Source: Candidatus Latescibacterota bacterium (lineage in GTDB: Bacteria > Latescibacterota > UBA2968 > UBA8231). Taken from it: 16,120 bases of DNA. Every line of letters starts with the position of its first letter. Position 1 is the stretch's first letter. The translations under genes were made by a program, and so were the position numbers. The notes beneath the pieces were generated by a model. That model was not told where the DNA came from. It saw only the letters and a list, made by a program, of their open reading frames with translations, and ran no database searches. Below are positions 9,932-16,120 of the stretch, piece by piece. The stretch covers positions 1-16,120 of the forward strand of contig CBDBIJ010000014.1 of NCBI GenBank assembly GCA_965205655.1. Reading direction: 5' to 3'.

Positions 9932-10849
9932 TTGAAGAATTTCGAATACACCGCCCCCGGTACTCTGCGTGAGGCGGTCAAGTTGCTGGCAGAAAAGGGA
10001 GGCGCGGCGAGGGTGTTGGCCGGGGGTACCGATCTGCTGGTGCAGATGCGGGTCAAGCGCCATCAGCCGGAGCGCGTGGTCGACATAAAGAATATTCCGG
10101 AGGTGAACGAGCTGAGCGTCAGTCCTCGGCGGGGACTCAGAATAGGCGCCGCCGTGCCGTGCCATCGGATTTACGCGAACGCGGAGATCGCCGAGAGATA
10201 TCCGGCAATCATCGACTCGGCCGCCATCATCGGCGGGATCCAGATCCAGGGCCGCGCCACCTTCGGCGGCAATGTGTGCAACTCATCGCCGAGCGCGGAC
10301 ACGACGCCGACCCTCATCGCCTACAGCGCCGAATGCGAGATCGTGGGACCGAAGGGCAAGCGCCGCGTCCCGGTTGAGGACTTTTGCACCGGGCCCGGCT
10401 CGAATGTGCTGCAGCCGGGCGAGTTGCTAGTGTCGCTTCGGATCCCCTTCAGTAAGCCGAATTCCGGCGCCCACTACCTTCGTTTCATCCCCAGAAACGA
10501 GATGGATATCGCCGTCGTAGGGGCAGGTGCCTACACGGAGCTCGGCGGACGCGGCTCGAAGAAGCGCTTCAAGAATGTTCGCGTCAGCCTGGCCGCAGTG
10601 GCGCCGACGCCGCTTCTGGCCGCGGAGGTCGGACCAGCGCTGGAGGGCAAGGAGGTCACCGACGAAGAGGCACTCGAAGCTGCCGCCGATGCAGCCAAAG
10701 CCGTCGCCAGGCCTATAAGCGACATGCGCGGTCCTGCCGATTACCGGATTCACCTCGTGGGTGTGCTGACCAAGCGGGCCCTGCGCGGGGCGGCGAGTCG
10801 AGCCCTTGGGGAGTTTGTGCCGAATGCTGTCCAAGAAGCTGCAGGTTAG
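9932..10849 (+). CDS. Xanthine dehydrogenase family FAD-binding subunit (CoxM/CutM-like)
   Basis: TTG start with SD GAGAGGT. Motifs FEYTAPGTL, LAGGTDL, ATFGGNVCNSSPSAD and PISDMRGPADYR. No Cys-rich 4Fe-4S insertion. Confidence 0.93.
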   Translation: MKNFEYTAPGTLREAVKLLAEKGGAARVLAGGTDLLVQMRVKRHQPERVVDIKNIPEVNELSVSPRRGLRIGAAVPCHRIYANAEIAERYPAIIDSAAIIGGIQIQGRATFGGNVCNSSPSADTTPTLIAYSAECEIVGPKGKRRVPVEDFCTGPGSNVLQPGELLVSLRIPFSKPNSGAHYLRFIPRNEMDIAVVGAGAYTELGGRGSKKRFKNVRVSLAAVAPTPLLAAEVGPALEGKEVTDEEALEAAADAAKAVARPISDMRGPADYRIHLVGVLTKRALRGAASRALGEFVPNAVQEAAG

Positions 10850-10863
10850 CGCCGCAGACGCTA

Positions 10864-10903
10864 ACCTGTCGGAGTTTGTCCAAAGGACAAACTCCTGATA
10901 GGT
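10864..10903. repeat. Strong palindrome/stem-loop after the FAD-subunit gene
   Basis: GGAGTTTGTCC-AAA-GGACAAACTCC is a perfect 11-bp stem (10871-10895), extended by ACCTGTC/GATAGGT with one bulge and one G-U pair. No U-tract on either side. Confidence 0.85.
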
Positions 10904-11006
10904 GGCTCAGCCTTAATCGGCTGCGCGAAACTCTCGAGGCAGTCGATTTCTTAGGCGCGACCCCGGAGAGTGGCTCAGCCTTCGTTGGCTCCGCGAAACT
11001 CTTGAG
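10902..11006. repeat. Two 37-nt imperfect direct repeats separated by 31 nt
   Basis: GTGGCTCAGCCTTAATCGGCTGCGCGAAACTCTCGAG (10902-10938) and GTGGCTCAGCCTTCGTTGGCTCCGCGAAACTCTTGAG (10970-11006); 32/37 identical. Confidence 0.9.
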
Positions 11007-11016
11007 CGGGGGGCGA

Positions 11017-11208
11017 ATGGTTTCGGAGATGGCTGAAAAAGTCAGGCATGTCGAGTTCTCGGGTCGTGGGCCTTTTGACGATGCTACGGAGTTTGCCAAC
11101 ACGATCGCTCGCGAGCGGCTGATCAACATCAGTCACAGTGCCACCATGGGCGGCAACTTCGTGGCTGTCGTCTGGTATTGGGATGAAGTGATAGAGACGG
11201 GTAACTGA
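11017..11208 (+). CDS. Small hypothetical protein (59-63 aa)
   Basis: ATG at 11017 after a G-rich SD-like run, or ATG at 11029. MAEKVRHVEFSGRGPFDDATEFANTIARERLINISHSATMGGNFVAVVWYWDEVIETGN has a plausible beta-alpha-beta-beta pattern, is co-oriented with the operon and ends 20 nt before the 2Fe-2S gene. Confidence 0.7.
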   Translation: MVSEMAEKVRHVEFSGRGPFDDATEFANTIARERLINISHSATMGGNFVAVVWYWDEVIETGN

Positions 11209-11228
11209 CCACACACTACGGAGAAGAG

Positions 11229-11696
11229 ATGAACAAGACACACGTTCAATGCGTCCTCAACGGCGAGGAGACTGAGTTTCTCTGTGAGCCGAGAGAGAGC
11301 CTGCTGGAGGTGCTGCGGGAGACCCTCGGATTCACGGGCACGAAAGAGGGCTGCAACGACGGCAACTGCGGAGCCTGTAGCGTCATCGTCGACGGTGTGC
11401 TCGTCGACTGCTGTCTCATGCTGGCCGTCGAGGCACAGGGGAAGGAAATCACCACCGTGGAAGGGCTCGCCTCACCCGAAGGGTTGCACCCCATACAGCA
11501 GAAGTTCCTCGAACACGCCAGCCTGCAGTGCGGCATCTGTACGCCGGGCTTTTTGGTGGCGAGCAAAGCGTTGCTGGACCGCAATCCCAATCCGAGCGAG
11601 CACGAGGTGCGTCACTGGCTGGCGGGAAACCTCTGCCGATGCACGGGCTACGACAAGATCGTGCGCGCTGTGCTGGACGCCGCCGAGCAGGTTTAG
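11229..11696 (+). CDS. Xanthine dehydrogenase family 2x[2Fe-2S] subunit (CoxS/CutS-like)
   Basis: Motifs GTKEGCNDGNCGACSV...DCC, QCGICTPG and GNLCRCTGY. SD GGAG. No Tat leader. Confidence 0.95.
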   Translation: MNKTHVQCVLNGEETEFLCEPRESLLEVLRETLGFTGTKEGCNDGNCGACSVIVDGVLVDCCLMLAVEAQGKEITTVEGLASPEGLHPIQQKFLEHASLQCGICTPGFLVASKALLDRNPNPSEHEVRHWLAGNLCRCTGYDKIVRAVLDAAEQV

Positions 11697-11710
11697 CAGG
11701 GAGATAGATC

Positions 11711-14035
11711 ATGGTATCGAGCCACGGAGAAATCCGCAATTTCGGCAACGGCAGCTACAAAGTCATAGGCACGAGGCCGATCCGCCACGACGGAGCGGAC
11801 AAAGTGACGGGGCGGGCCGTGTACGGAGGGGACACACGTCTGCCCGGGATGCTGTACGGTCAGGTTCTGCGCAGCCCCCACGCCCATGCCCGGATCAAAT
11901 CGATCGATACGAGTAAGGCGAAAGCACTGGACGGCGTTCGCGCCGTCGTCACGGGCGCCGATCTGCCGCCAGCGGGGGCGGACGAAGTGATCGACCTCGG
12001 AGAGGGCTCACAGCGTCTGAAATTCCTTCGAGACAATATTCTTGCATCAGACAAAATACTCTACCGCGGTCACGTCGTCGCCGGCGTTGCGGCGACGAGC
12101 CTGCATGTCGCAGAGGAGGCTCTCGGCCTGATCGAAGTGGACTACGAGGTCCTGGATCCGGCGATGAACGTCCTCGATGCAATGAAGGACGGTGCGCCAT
12201 TGCTGCACGAGTTTCAGACGACGCAGGAGTTCGGCGAGGACAGCGGCAAGAAGAGCAATATCGCCATGCACTCGACTCACAAGCTCGGCGACATCGAAAA
12301 GGGATTTGCCGAGGCTGATGTCGTCGCTGAGTACGAAGTAAACACCGCCACCGTCCATCAAGGCTACATCGAGCCCCACAACGCCACGGCAACGTGGCAC
12401 ATGGATGGCAAGTTGACGATCTGGACGAGCACTCAGGGGTCGTTTGTCGTTCAGAAACAGACGGCGGCCGTTCTCGGCATGCCGGTGTCCGACGTCAAGG
12501 TCGTACCTCAGGAAATCGGCGGCGGATTCGGGGGCAAAATTCCGGTCTATCTGGACCCGGTGGCGGCGATGCTGTCAAAAACGACGGGTCATCCTGTCAA
12601 AATGGTCATGACTCGTGCAGATGTCTTCGAGGGCACGGGCCCGACGCCCGGCTCGTACGTGCGCGTCAAGATGGGGGCGAATCGCGACGGCAAGATTACC
12701 GCCGGTGACTCCTACATCGCTTTCGAGTCCGGCGCCTACCCCGGAGGACTCGTCGGGGCGGCCGCCATGTGCGTGTTCGCCTGCTACGACATTCCGAACG
12801 GCGTAATCGACTTCTACGATGTCGTCGTCAACAAGCCCCGCAGTTTCGCCTATCGGGCACCGGGCTCGACTCACGTGGCTTTCGCCATTGAAAAGGTCAT
12901 GGACGATCTGGCTGCGCAACTCGAGCTCGATCCGATCGAGTTTCGGCTCCGAAACGTGGCTGCTGAGGGCACGCGTCGGGTGGATGGGGTCGTCTATCCG
13001 CGGATCGGTGCCAAAGAGACTCTCAAGACAATCCGTGATACCGACCACTACAAATCAGCCCTCGAAGGTGCGAACCGCGGCCGCGGGGTCGCGCTCGGGT
13101 ACTGGTTCAACGTCGGGCTCCAATCGAGCGTCACGGCCGGCGTCAACGTCAACGGCACCGTCCATCTGGTGGAGGGATCAACCGACATCGGCGGTACGCG
13201 AACCTCCATCGCCATGCAGTTCGCCGAAGTCCTTGGCCTCGCAGCCGAGGACGTCAATCCCACTGTTGCCGACACCTCGGGTATCGGCTACACCGACGTC
13301 ACCGGCGGTAGCCGGGTGACCTACGCTACTGGAATGGCCGCCCACGATGCCGCACAGGATGTAAAGCGACAGATGCTGGAACGGGCGGCCCAGATCTTGG
13401 AGTGCGAGGAAGGTGATGTCGGGTTTGCCGATGGCTCTTTTCTCCACAAGTCGGACAGCTCGAAGAAGCTGACTTTCAAGGATGTGGCGGCCAAGATGGA
13501 AGAGACGGGAGGACCGATCGTCGGTCGCGCAACGGTGAATCCGGCTGCCGGAGTCGGGGGCTCGTTCGCCGCCAACATCGTCGACGTGGAGGTAGATCCG
13601 GAAACGGGTAAAGTCGACATTCTCAGGTTCACCGTGGCTCAGGACGCCGGCAAAGCGATTCATCCCAGCTACGTCGAGGGTCAGATGCAGGGAGGCTCGG
13701 CGCAGGGCATCGGCTGGGCGCTCAACGAGGAGTACTTCTACACCGCGGAAGGCGTGATGGCCAACTCGAGCTTCCTCGACTACCGCATTCCAACCGCCCT
13801 CGACCTGCCGATGATCGAGACGATCATCGTCGAGGTGCCCAACCCGGGACATCCCTTCGGGGTTCGCGGCGTGGGCGAGGCCAACATCGCACCGCCCCCG
13901 GCGGCGATCGCTGCCGCCATCCACGACGCCGTCGGCGTGCGATTGTGCGACCTGCCTATGCGACCGGACCGCGTCGCCGCCGCAATGCACGAGGCCAGAG
14001 CACAGGAGCAGCAGCAGCTGGCGGCCGGAGGGTAG
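11711..14035 (+). CDS. Xanthine dehydrogenase family molybdopterin-binding large subunit (CoxL/CutL-like, not form I CODH)
   Basis: Motifs DKVTGRAVY, LRSPHAHARI, GGGFGGK, active-site loop AYRAPG, TGGSR, VEVDPETGKV, DAGKAIHP..VEGQ.QGG..QGIG and RGVGE (catalytic Glu). Confidence 0.95.
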   Translation: MVSSHGEIRNFGNGSYKVIGTRPIRHDGADKVTGRAVYGGDTRLPGMLYGQVLRSPHAHARIKSIDTSKAKALDGVRAVVTGADLPPAGADEVIDLGEGSQRLKFLRDNILASDKILYRGHVVAGVAATSLHVAEEALGLIEVDYEVLDPAMNVLDAMKDGAPLLHEFQTTQEFGEDSGKKSNIAMHSTHKLGDIEKGFAEADVVAEYEVNTATVHQGYIEPHNATATWHMDGKLTIWTSTQGSFVVQKQTAAVLGMPVSDVKVVPQEIGGGFGGKIPVYLDPVAAMLSKTTGHPVKMVMTRADVFEGTGPTPGSYVRVKMGANRDGKITAGDSYIAFESGAYPGGLVGAAAMCVFACYDIPNGVIDFYDVVVNKPRSFAYRAPGSTHVAFAIEKVMDDLAAQLELDPIEFRLRNVAAEGTRRVDGVVYPRIGAKETLKTIRDTDHYKSALEGANRGRGVALGYWFNVGLQSSVTAGVNVNGTVHLVEGSTDIGGTRTSIAMQFAEVLGLAAEDVNPTVADTSGIGYTDVTGGSRVTYATGMAAHDAAQDVKRQMLERAAQILECEEGDVGFADGSFLHKSDSSKKLTFKDVAAKMEETGGPIVGRATVNPAAGVGGSFAANIVDVEVDPETGKVDILRFTVAQDAGKAIHPSYVEGQMQGGSAQGIGWALNEEYFYTAEGVMANSSFLDYRIPTALDLPMIETIIVEVPNPGHPFGVRGVGEANIAPPPAAIAAAIHDAVGVRLCDLPMRPDRVAAAMHEARAQEQQQLAAGG

Positions 14036-14077
14036 GGCGAGCGAGGCCAACCGGCTTGATCGGCGACAAGGCTTACC

Positions 14078-14404
14078 ATGCCCACTGTCTGGATCCCTCC
14101 ACTCATGCAAAAGCTGACCGAGGGTCAGCAACAGGTGGAGGTTACCGGCTTGACCTTGCGGCAGGTCATCGAGGAGCTCGAGGAATCCTTTCCAGGCATG
14201 CGAGCCCGGCTGGTGAACGAAGAAGAAGACAAGGTGCGAACCGACATCGCGGTGGCCGTCGATGGCGAGATTTCACGGGAGGGGTTGCGACGGAAAATCG
14301 GCGAGTCGAGCGAGGTTCACTTTCTGCCTGCGATAAGCGGAGGGTCTTGCCGATCTGGTCGTCGACAGTATATTCCGGCTCATGGCCATAACCTCGACAG
14401 GTGA
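14078..14404 (+). CDS. MoaD/ThiS family ubiquitin-like sulfur carrier with a C-terminal extension
   Basis: MPTVWIPPLMQKLT.GQ..VEV.G.TLRQVIEELE..FPG...RL...VAVDGE...EVHFLPAISGG. The GG is at residues 88-89 and is followed by 19 more residues. Confidence 0.88.
   Translation: MPTVWIPPLMQKLTEGQQQVEVTGLTLRQVIEELEESFPGMRARLVNEEEDKVRTDIAVAVDGEISREGLRRKIGESSEVHFLPAISGGSCRSGRRQYIPAHGHNLDR
14347..14374 (+). promoter_or_regulatory. Putative sigma70 promoter for a leaderless YjfB-like transcript
   Basis: TTGCCG, 16-nt spacer, TATATT; the ATG at 14382 lies 7 nt past the -10 box and has no SD. Confidence 0.4.
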
Positions 14405-14597
14405 CCTCACGTCCTCCATCGTCGACGTGGCGACGGCGCTCTCTCAGCAGCGCCTGAAATCGCTGCGGTCGATCGCCGTCCTCGACAAGGCTCTGGACAC
14501 CCAGTCCCGGAACGCCCTGGCGCTTCTCGAGGCTCTGCCCTCAGCTGCGCCGTTGCAGCAAAGCGAATCCGGACGGCTCGTCGACACCGTGGCATAG
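14382..14597 (+). CDS. YjfB-family (putative motility) small protein
   Basis: 71 aa matching the recalled family pattern SI...ATALSQ......IAVLDKALD.Q...AL.LLEALP......GRLVDTVA. Overlaps the tail of the MoaD-like ORF by 23 nt. Confidence 0.75.
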   Translation: MAITSTGDLTSSIVDVATALSQQRLKSLRSIAVLDKALDTQSRNALALLEALPSAAPLQQSESGRLVDTVA

Positions 14598-14634
14598 CAA
14601 TCCCCTCCTCAAGTCAAGCCGCTACCACACAACC

Positions 14635-15405
14635 CTACTTTCCGCAGGTATTTTCGAAGTCTTGGGACGCCGATTCAAGTGTCTGCATGGCGCCCAGGAA
14701 CTCACTTCCGTGAGCCAGCAGTCGAGCACCCTGTCCATGCAACTGTTCTAGCAGCTCGGCATTTCCAGCCGGCTGCCCCCACGCCTTGCTGTGCGCCGCC
14801 GCGGCTGCGGCAACCCGTTCAGTCGCCTCCTCCAGCGTCAGTGAGGTGTCGCTGTGCCGAAATCGCAGCGACAGATCCGCCGGACCGACGAAGAGACCGT
14901 CGACGCCGTCGACGGCGGCGATGCTCTCCACATTCTCCACCGCCTGCGGGGATTCGATCTGGACGACGACGAAGGTCTCCGCATTGGCCTCATCCGTGAA
15001 GTCCGCACCGCCCTGTAGGAAGAAATCGCTGTCGAGACCGGCGCCATCCAACCCGCGGTTTCCCAGCGGTGGGAATTTGGCCGCCTGCACGATGGCGCGG
15101 GCGTCAGCTTCCGTCGACACGTGAGGGAACATCAGGCCCGCGGCGCCGTCCTCGAAATAGCGATACAGCCGAACCTTCTCCAGCGTCGGCGAGCGCACCA
15201 TGATGTCGATGTCGAAGAGGTGAGAGAACGCCAGGAGTCCCTGGACTTCCCGATCGCTCATGGTGCGGTGCTCCAGATCGAGCCAGATACAGTCGAAACC
15301 GAAGTGCGCCGCATGTCGGATGAAGGGCGGAACGAAATGTCCGAGCCCGCAGATTCTCGCCGTCTCGCCCGCGCGTAGCTTTGCCAATGTCCTGCTTCTT
15401 CGCAT
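14635..15405 (-). CDS. HpcH/HpaI family class II aldolase
   Basis: ATG 15405 with SD AGGAAGG. Motifs GFDCIWLDLEH, GAAGLMFPHV, KFPPLGNRG, VVVQIES and VDGLFVGPADL. Confidence 0.92.
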   Translation of the reverse strand: MRRSRTLAKLRAGETARICGLGHFVPPFIRHAAHFGFDCIWLDLEHRTMSDREVQGLLAFSHLFDIDIMVRSPTLEKVRLYRYFEDGAAGLMFPHVSTEADARAIVQAAKFPPLGNRGLDGAGLDSDFFLQGGADFTDEANAETFVVVQIESPQAVENVESIAAVDGVDGLFVGPADLSLRFRHSDTSLTLEEATERVAAAAAAHSKAWGQPAGNAELLEQLHGQGARLLAHGSEFLGAMQTLESASQDFENTCGK

Positions 15406-15535
15406 ATCCACCTTCCTGTCAAGACTCGTGAGCCCCTCATAGCGTCGTGCTCAGACGCGTGGCTGGTCCCCGCGAATCGTCGTAAGATATATATGAGCGA
15501 GAGCAATGAACAGACGCTTCGCGGGCGGCGGCAGA

Positions 15536-15564
15536 TTGCACCTCTTCGAAGCACGCGCTAGGTT
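15536..15564 (+). promoter_or_regulatory. Putative sigma70 promoter for the PAS sensor gene
   Basis: TTGCAC, 17-nt spacer, TAGGTT. Overlapped by the inverted repeat GCACGCG (15551-15557) / CGCGTGC (15582-15588). Confidence 0.35.
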
Positions 15565-15596
15565 TGGAGAAATCCCCAATTCGCGTGCCTCCTCAG

Positions 15597-16120
15597 ATGA
15601 CATCACCCAGCGAGCTCACAGGCCTCCTAGCCGTGCTGGCAACAGGCTTCGGCATTCTCTTCTTTCCTTCTGTGGAGAGAACTCCAGCGCAAGAGGCAGC
15701 TGCACGACGATGATCTTCACCGGCTGAGCACATCTGAGGCTCGCTACCGCACTCTCGTAGAATCGCCGAACCTCGGTGTCATGCTCATGGATCTTGACGG
15801 CCGAATCCTATACGTGAGTCCGAAGATCGAGGAGTTGACTGGCTTCACCCCGGCCGAGTTCTACAAGAATCGAAGAATGCCCTGGAAGATCACTCACCGC
15901 GACGACCATCATATCGGTGTCAACGCCTTTCGGCAGGCCGCGAGCGGCAGGCCCACGCCTCATCAGGAGTTTCGCCTGATGCACAAGAACGGCGAGTACC
16001 TATGGGCAGCGGGCTCTACCTTTCCCGTATATGACGCCGACGAGACCATTCGGTCGGTGCAGGTCATTGTCGAGGATATCACCACGAGCAAGCGACTCGA
16101 GGAGCAGCTGCGCCACTCGC
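15597..16120 (+). CDS. PAS/PAC-domain sensor, probably a histidine kinase (partial; apparent +1 frameshift near 15663)
   Basis: The frame open from 15631 to the edge reads SEARYRTLVES...MDLDGRILYVSPKIEELTGFTPAEF...EFRLMHKNGEYLW...EDITTSKRLEEQLRHS, i.e. PAS-PAC followed by the typical DIT...LEEQLR.S linker to a HisKA domain. The TM-encoding start (ATG 15597) is in a different frame. Confidence 0.85.

Noticed and set aside
10864..10903. Rho-independent terminator
   Set aside because: Strong stem but no U-tract on either strand, and it lies mid-operon.
10902..11006. Bona fide CRISPR array
   Set aside because: Only two copies, with 5 mismatches. Similarity continues past GAAAC into what would be spacers, there is no third repeat at +/-68 nt, and there are no cas genes in the window.
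10920..11006. Glycine riboswitch (GAAACTCTCGAGGCA and CCGGAGAG resemble its conserved words)
   Set aside because: The core CCGAAG...GCAA segment is missing from both repeats, and the gene context is not glycine metabolism.
10876..11016. TTG-started 110-aa version of the small ORF
   Set aside because: The start is buried in the palindrome stem and the extension runs through the repeats; the ATG at 11017 or 11029 is more plausible.
9825..11095. Recurring GAGTTT/AAACTC hexamer (9825, 10811, 10872, 10889, 10928, 10996, 11089) as an operator
   Set aside because: Too short. Most copies are explained by the palindrome, the repeats or Glu-Phe codons, so it cannot be distinguished from chance by eye.
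10864..11208. Type III toxin-antitoxin locus (repeats plus ORF)
   Set aside because: The hairpin precedes rather than follows the repeats, and the ORF is far shorter than ToxN/CptN/TenpN toxins.
11711..14035. Aerobic CO dehydrogenase (coxL form I)
   Set aside because: It lacks the Cu-binding AYxCSFR motif (it has AYRAPG), and no coxDEFG genes follow.
7384..14131. Long antisense ORFs (7384..8106, 9031..9858, 13178..14131 and similar)
   Set aside because: They are GC-rich shadow frames opposite well-supported genes and have no recognisable motifs.
14334..14356. Sigma28 promoter for the YjfB-like gene (GCCGAT at 14349)
   Set aside because: No TAAA-like -35 element at the 15-nt spacing; the TAAG present is only 11 nt away.

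Overview
GC-rich bacterial chromosomal window. From left to right: the 5' end of dnaE (minus strand, absent from the ORF track) and a divergent operon of wecB, a UDP-glucuronate decarboxylase-like SDR and a tripartite RND efflux system (OMF, adaptor, permease). The adaptor is frameshifted, and the permease is split by an intact-looking 1156-bp IS630-family element that has a TA duplication, 12-bp terminal IRs and a transposase made by -1 frameshifting. Next is a xanthine dehydrogenase/CoxMSL-like molybdenum hydroxylase operon (FAD, 2Fe-2S and molybdopterin subunits, plus a MoaD/ThiS-like protein whose GG motif is masked by a 19-aa tail). Between its FAD and 2Fe-2S genes lies an unexplained ~360-bp insert: a strong palindrome, two 37-nt structured direct repeats and a ~60-aa ORF. 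The window ends with a YjfB-like small gene, a convergent HpcH/HpaI aldolase and a frameshifted PAS sensor kinase that runs off the right edge. Three separate small indels suggest either gene decay or long-read assembly errors. All calls come from reading motifs by eye; no searches were run.
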